Under the pieces are notes generated by a model that ran no database searches, was not told the origin of the DNA, and saw only the letters and a list, made by a program, of their open reading frames with translations. DNA of 64,000 bases from Phyllosticta citribraziliensis (lineage: Eukaryota): positions 1,798,001 to 1,862,000 of the forward strand of contig NW_027117344.1 of assembly GCF_038025025.1 (NCBI RefSeq), written 5' to 3'. Shown here in pieces: positions 61,762 through 64,000 of this stretch (within the stretch, counting starts at the first letter, position 1; the number at the start of each line of letters is the position of its first letter). Both the position numbers and the translations under genes were made by a program.

Positions 61762-63884
61762 ATGATTGCCCGTCTAGGCGTTCAGGACGTCGCGGAGCTC
61801 CGCCAAGCGCTGCTGCACACCCCAGTAGGCCACGCGCTGATCGCAGGCGCGATTGTGACGGCCCTGTTCCTAGCTGCGTGGTACTTGGACGACCCCGAGG
61901 AAGCTGTGCGGTACAGAGTACGGGTGCCAGAACAATGCGCACCGGGGTGGAAGGGCGAGGTGGTGCGGGAGCCAGGGCTCAGGGTATGCTTATGTCCACT
62001 GCGCTTATTTCGAAGATTGGCTTGTGTTGCTTATTTGGAAGAGGAACTTGGGCATTGGTTAACAGTCTTGGGGGACAGGTCAAGGATTCGAATAAGATTC
62101 AATGCTACTGTCCTGCGACGGGCGAGCTGCTCGACACGATCGAACCGGCGACGGAACGCGACATTGACAATGCGGTTGAGCGGGCGAAAGCGGCACAAGA
62201 GAAGTGGAGACAGACGAGCTTTACAGAGCGGAGGAAGGTGCTGAAGTCGTTGCTCAAGTGCGTACATATTGAGGGGGAAATGCTGTCGCGACACACTTGT
62301 AGCGGTTGAACAAAGGCGAGGAAAATGCTGATTAGGAGCCCTCGTATTGCAGATTTGTCCTGGAAAACCAAAAGACCATTTCGACGGCAGCCTGCTTGGA
62401 CAGCGGAAAGACACGATTGGATTCGAGCTTTGGCGAGATTCTGGTGACTGCGGAGAAGACCAAATGGACAATTGACCATGGAGAAAAGGCATTGAAGCCT
62501 GAGAGCAGACCGACCAATTTTTTGATGATGTACAAGAAGAATGAGGTTCGATGGGAGCCTTTGGGTGTGGTGGCTGCTGCTGTTAGCTGGAAGTAAGCTT
62601 TCACCAAGTTCCCCGAGCACGGCAATGTACTGACTTTGTCTCTAGCTACCCCGTGAGTCTTGAGCAACATCATCAGCGTTCAATCTAACTTCAAGCTAGT
62701 TCCACAATCTTCTAGGCCCCATCATCTCCGCGCTCTTCTCCGGTAACGCTGTGATTGTCAAAGTCTCGGAGCAGACTGCCTGGTCCTCCAGGTACTTCAC
62801 GTCGATTGTTCACGGCGCCCTCTACGCTTGTGGCCACGGGTATTGCGAAGATCTTGTCCAATCTCTCGCTTGCTGGCCTGCAGTGGCACCTCACCTCACG
62901 TCGCATCCGGGCATCTCACACCTCACTTTCATTGGCTCGCGGCCTGTCGCTCACAAGGTGTGCGAGTCGGCCGCCAAAGCGCTGATACCCGTTTGTGTAG
63001 AGTTGGGAGGAAAGGACGCAGCGATCGTCCTCGACGACGTACGCAACCTTGAGAAAGTCGGACACATTCTGCTGCGCGGCGTCTTCCAAGCAGCTGGCCA
63101 GAATTGCATTGGCATCGAGCGTGTCATTGCGATGCCCAAAGCCTACGACAGCTTGGTCAAATTCCTCACGCCCATAGTCAACTCCCTGCGCAGCGGCTCA
63201 GCACTCTCACTCGAGGCCAAAGGCGCTACCAACGAAGCCATCGACGTCGGCGCATCCATCTCCCCAGCCGGCTTTGACCACCTCGAATCCCTCATCCGCG
63301 ATGCCGTGGCCCAAGGCGCACAGCTTCTCGCCGGCGGTACGCGCTTCACCCATCCCGAACACCCATCCGGGCATTACTTTGCGCCAACGCTGCTCGCCAA
63401 CGTGACGGCCGACATGGCCATTGCACAAACCGAGTGCTTCGCGCCCGTCTTCCTCCTTATGCGCGCCGAGTCTGTGGAGCACGCCGTGACGCTCGCCAAC
63501 AGCACCGAATACGGACTGGGCGCCTCCGTCTTCGGTTCTTCGCGGCGCGACCTCGAGTACGTCGTCGACCGCGTGCAGAGCGGCATGGTATCGGTCAACG
63601 ACTTTGCCGTCTACTACGCCGTGCAGCTGCCGTTTGGCGGCGTCAAGGGTAGCGGATACGGCCGCTTTGCCGGCGAGGAGGGCCTTCGCGGCCTCTGCAA
63701 TACCAAGGCTGTCTGCCGCGATCGCTTCCCGGGCGTCATGGAGACGGGCATTCCGCCTGAACTGCGGGTTCCCGTTCCCAATGCGCAGAGGTCGTGGGAG
63801 GTGGCTAGTGGGGTTGTTGAGCTGGGGTATGGTGAGTCGATTGCGAGGAAAGTTGCTGGGTTGAGGAAAATTGTGGGGATTTGA
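61762..63884 (+). CDS. Membrane-anchored aldehyde dehydrogenase (Msc7-like)
   Basis: N-terminal hydrophobic anchor, CYCPATG, EPLGVVAAAVSWNYPFHN, FIGS, VELGGKD, catalytic GQNCIG, ECFAP and LPFGGVKGSGYGR. Four introns, with a 7-nt microexon at 62646-62652. Confidence 0.94.
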
Positions 63885-64000
63885 GAGTTGTTGAGGAGGG
63901 CGTGATGCTGGCTTCCCAGTCAATAGTGTTCGTAATATGAAGATGTTCTAGCAGGCATTGCGAGCGCGAACATGCTACCATCCCGAGCGTGAAAAGGCAG

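Noticed and set aside
1..64000. Search for tRNA, rRNA, snRNA, CRISPR arrays, transposases/LTRs and secondary-metabolite backbone genes
   Set aside because: None seen by eye. The oxidoreductases are scattered among housekeeping genes with no PKS, NRPS or terpene synthase. tRNAscan-SE and Rfam would be needed to exclude small RNAs.

Overview
This is eukaryotic DNA from a filamentous ascomycete (Pezizomycotina-type). The evidence is short GT-AG introns with CTRAC-like branch points, a Zn2Cys6 factor, a CHS4-like gene and a CBP4 gene. I can support about 26 protein-coding genes, most of them spliced. In order: a 5'-truncated AAA+ ATPase, ferric reductase, 2-methylcitrate dehydratase, a Zn2Cys6 transcription factor, an EutQ-like cupin, Mpv17/PMP22, an F-box protein, a GH5 endoglucanase, RAD1/XPF, an HhH-GPD glycosylase, acyl-protein thioesterase, an SDR, an RGS protein, an EamA transporter, a 6PGD-like dehydrogenase, an AIF/AMID-like oxidoreductase, a Cys-rich single-pass membrane protein, guanine deaminase, a three-exon 82-aa gene not recovered as a unit by the ORF track, a BTB protein, an Sc15-like secreted protein, a signal-anchored aldo-keto reductase, a DUF6594-like protein, CBP4, a chitin synthase activator and an Msc7-like ALDH. 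I saw no rRNA, tRNA, CRISPR array, intact transposon or biosynthetic gene cluster, and I cannot support a new multi-gene system. The best leads are fine-scale: the hidden small gene, a DEMETER/ROS1-resembling glycosylase domain, a possible readthrough membrane anchor on APT1, an atypical GC-AG intron, a 7-nt microexon at the ALDH active site, a 12-bp tandem array upstream of the ferric reductase and a readable cellulase promoter. Family assignments come from motif recognition by eye, not database searches.
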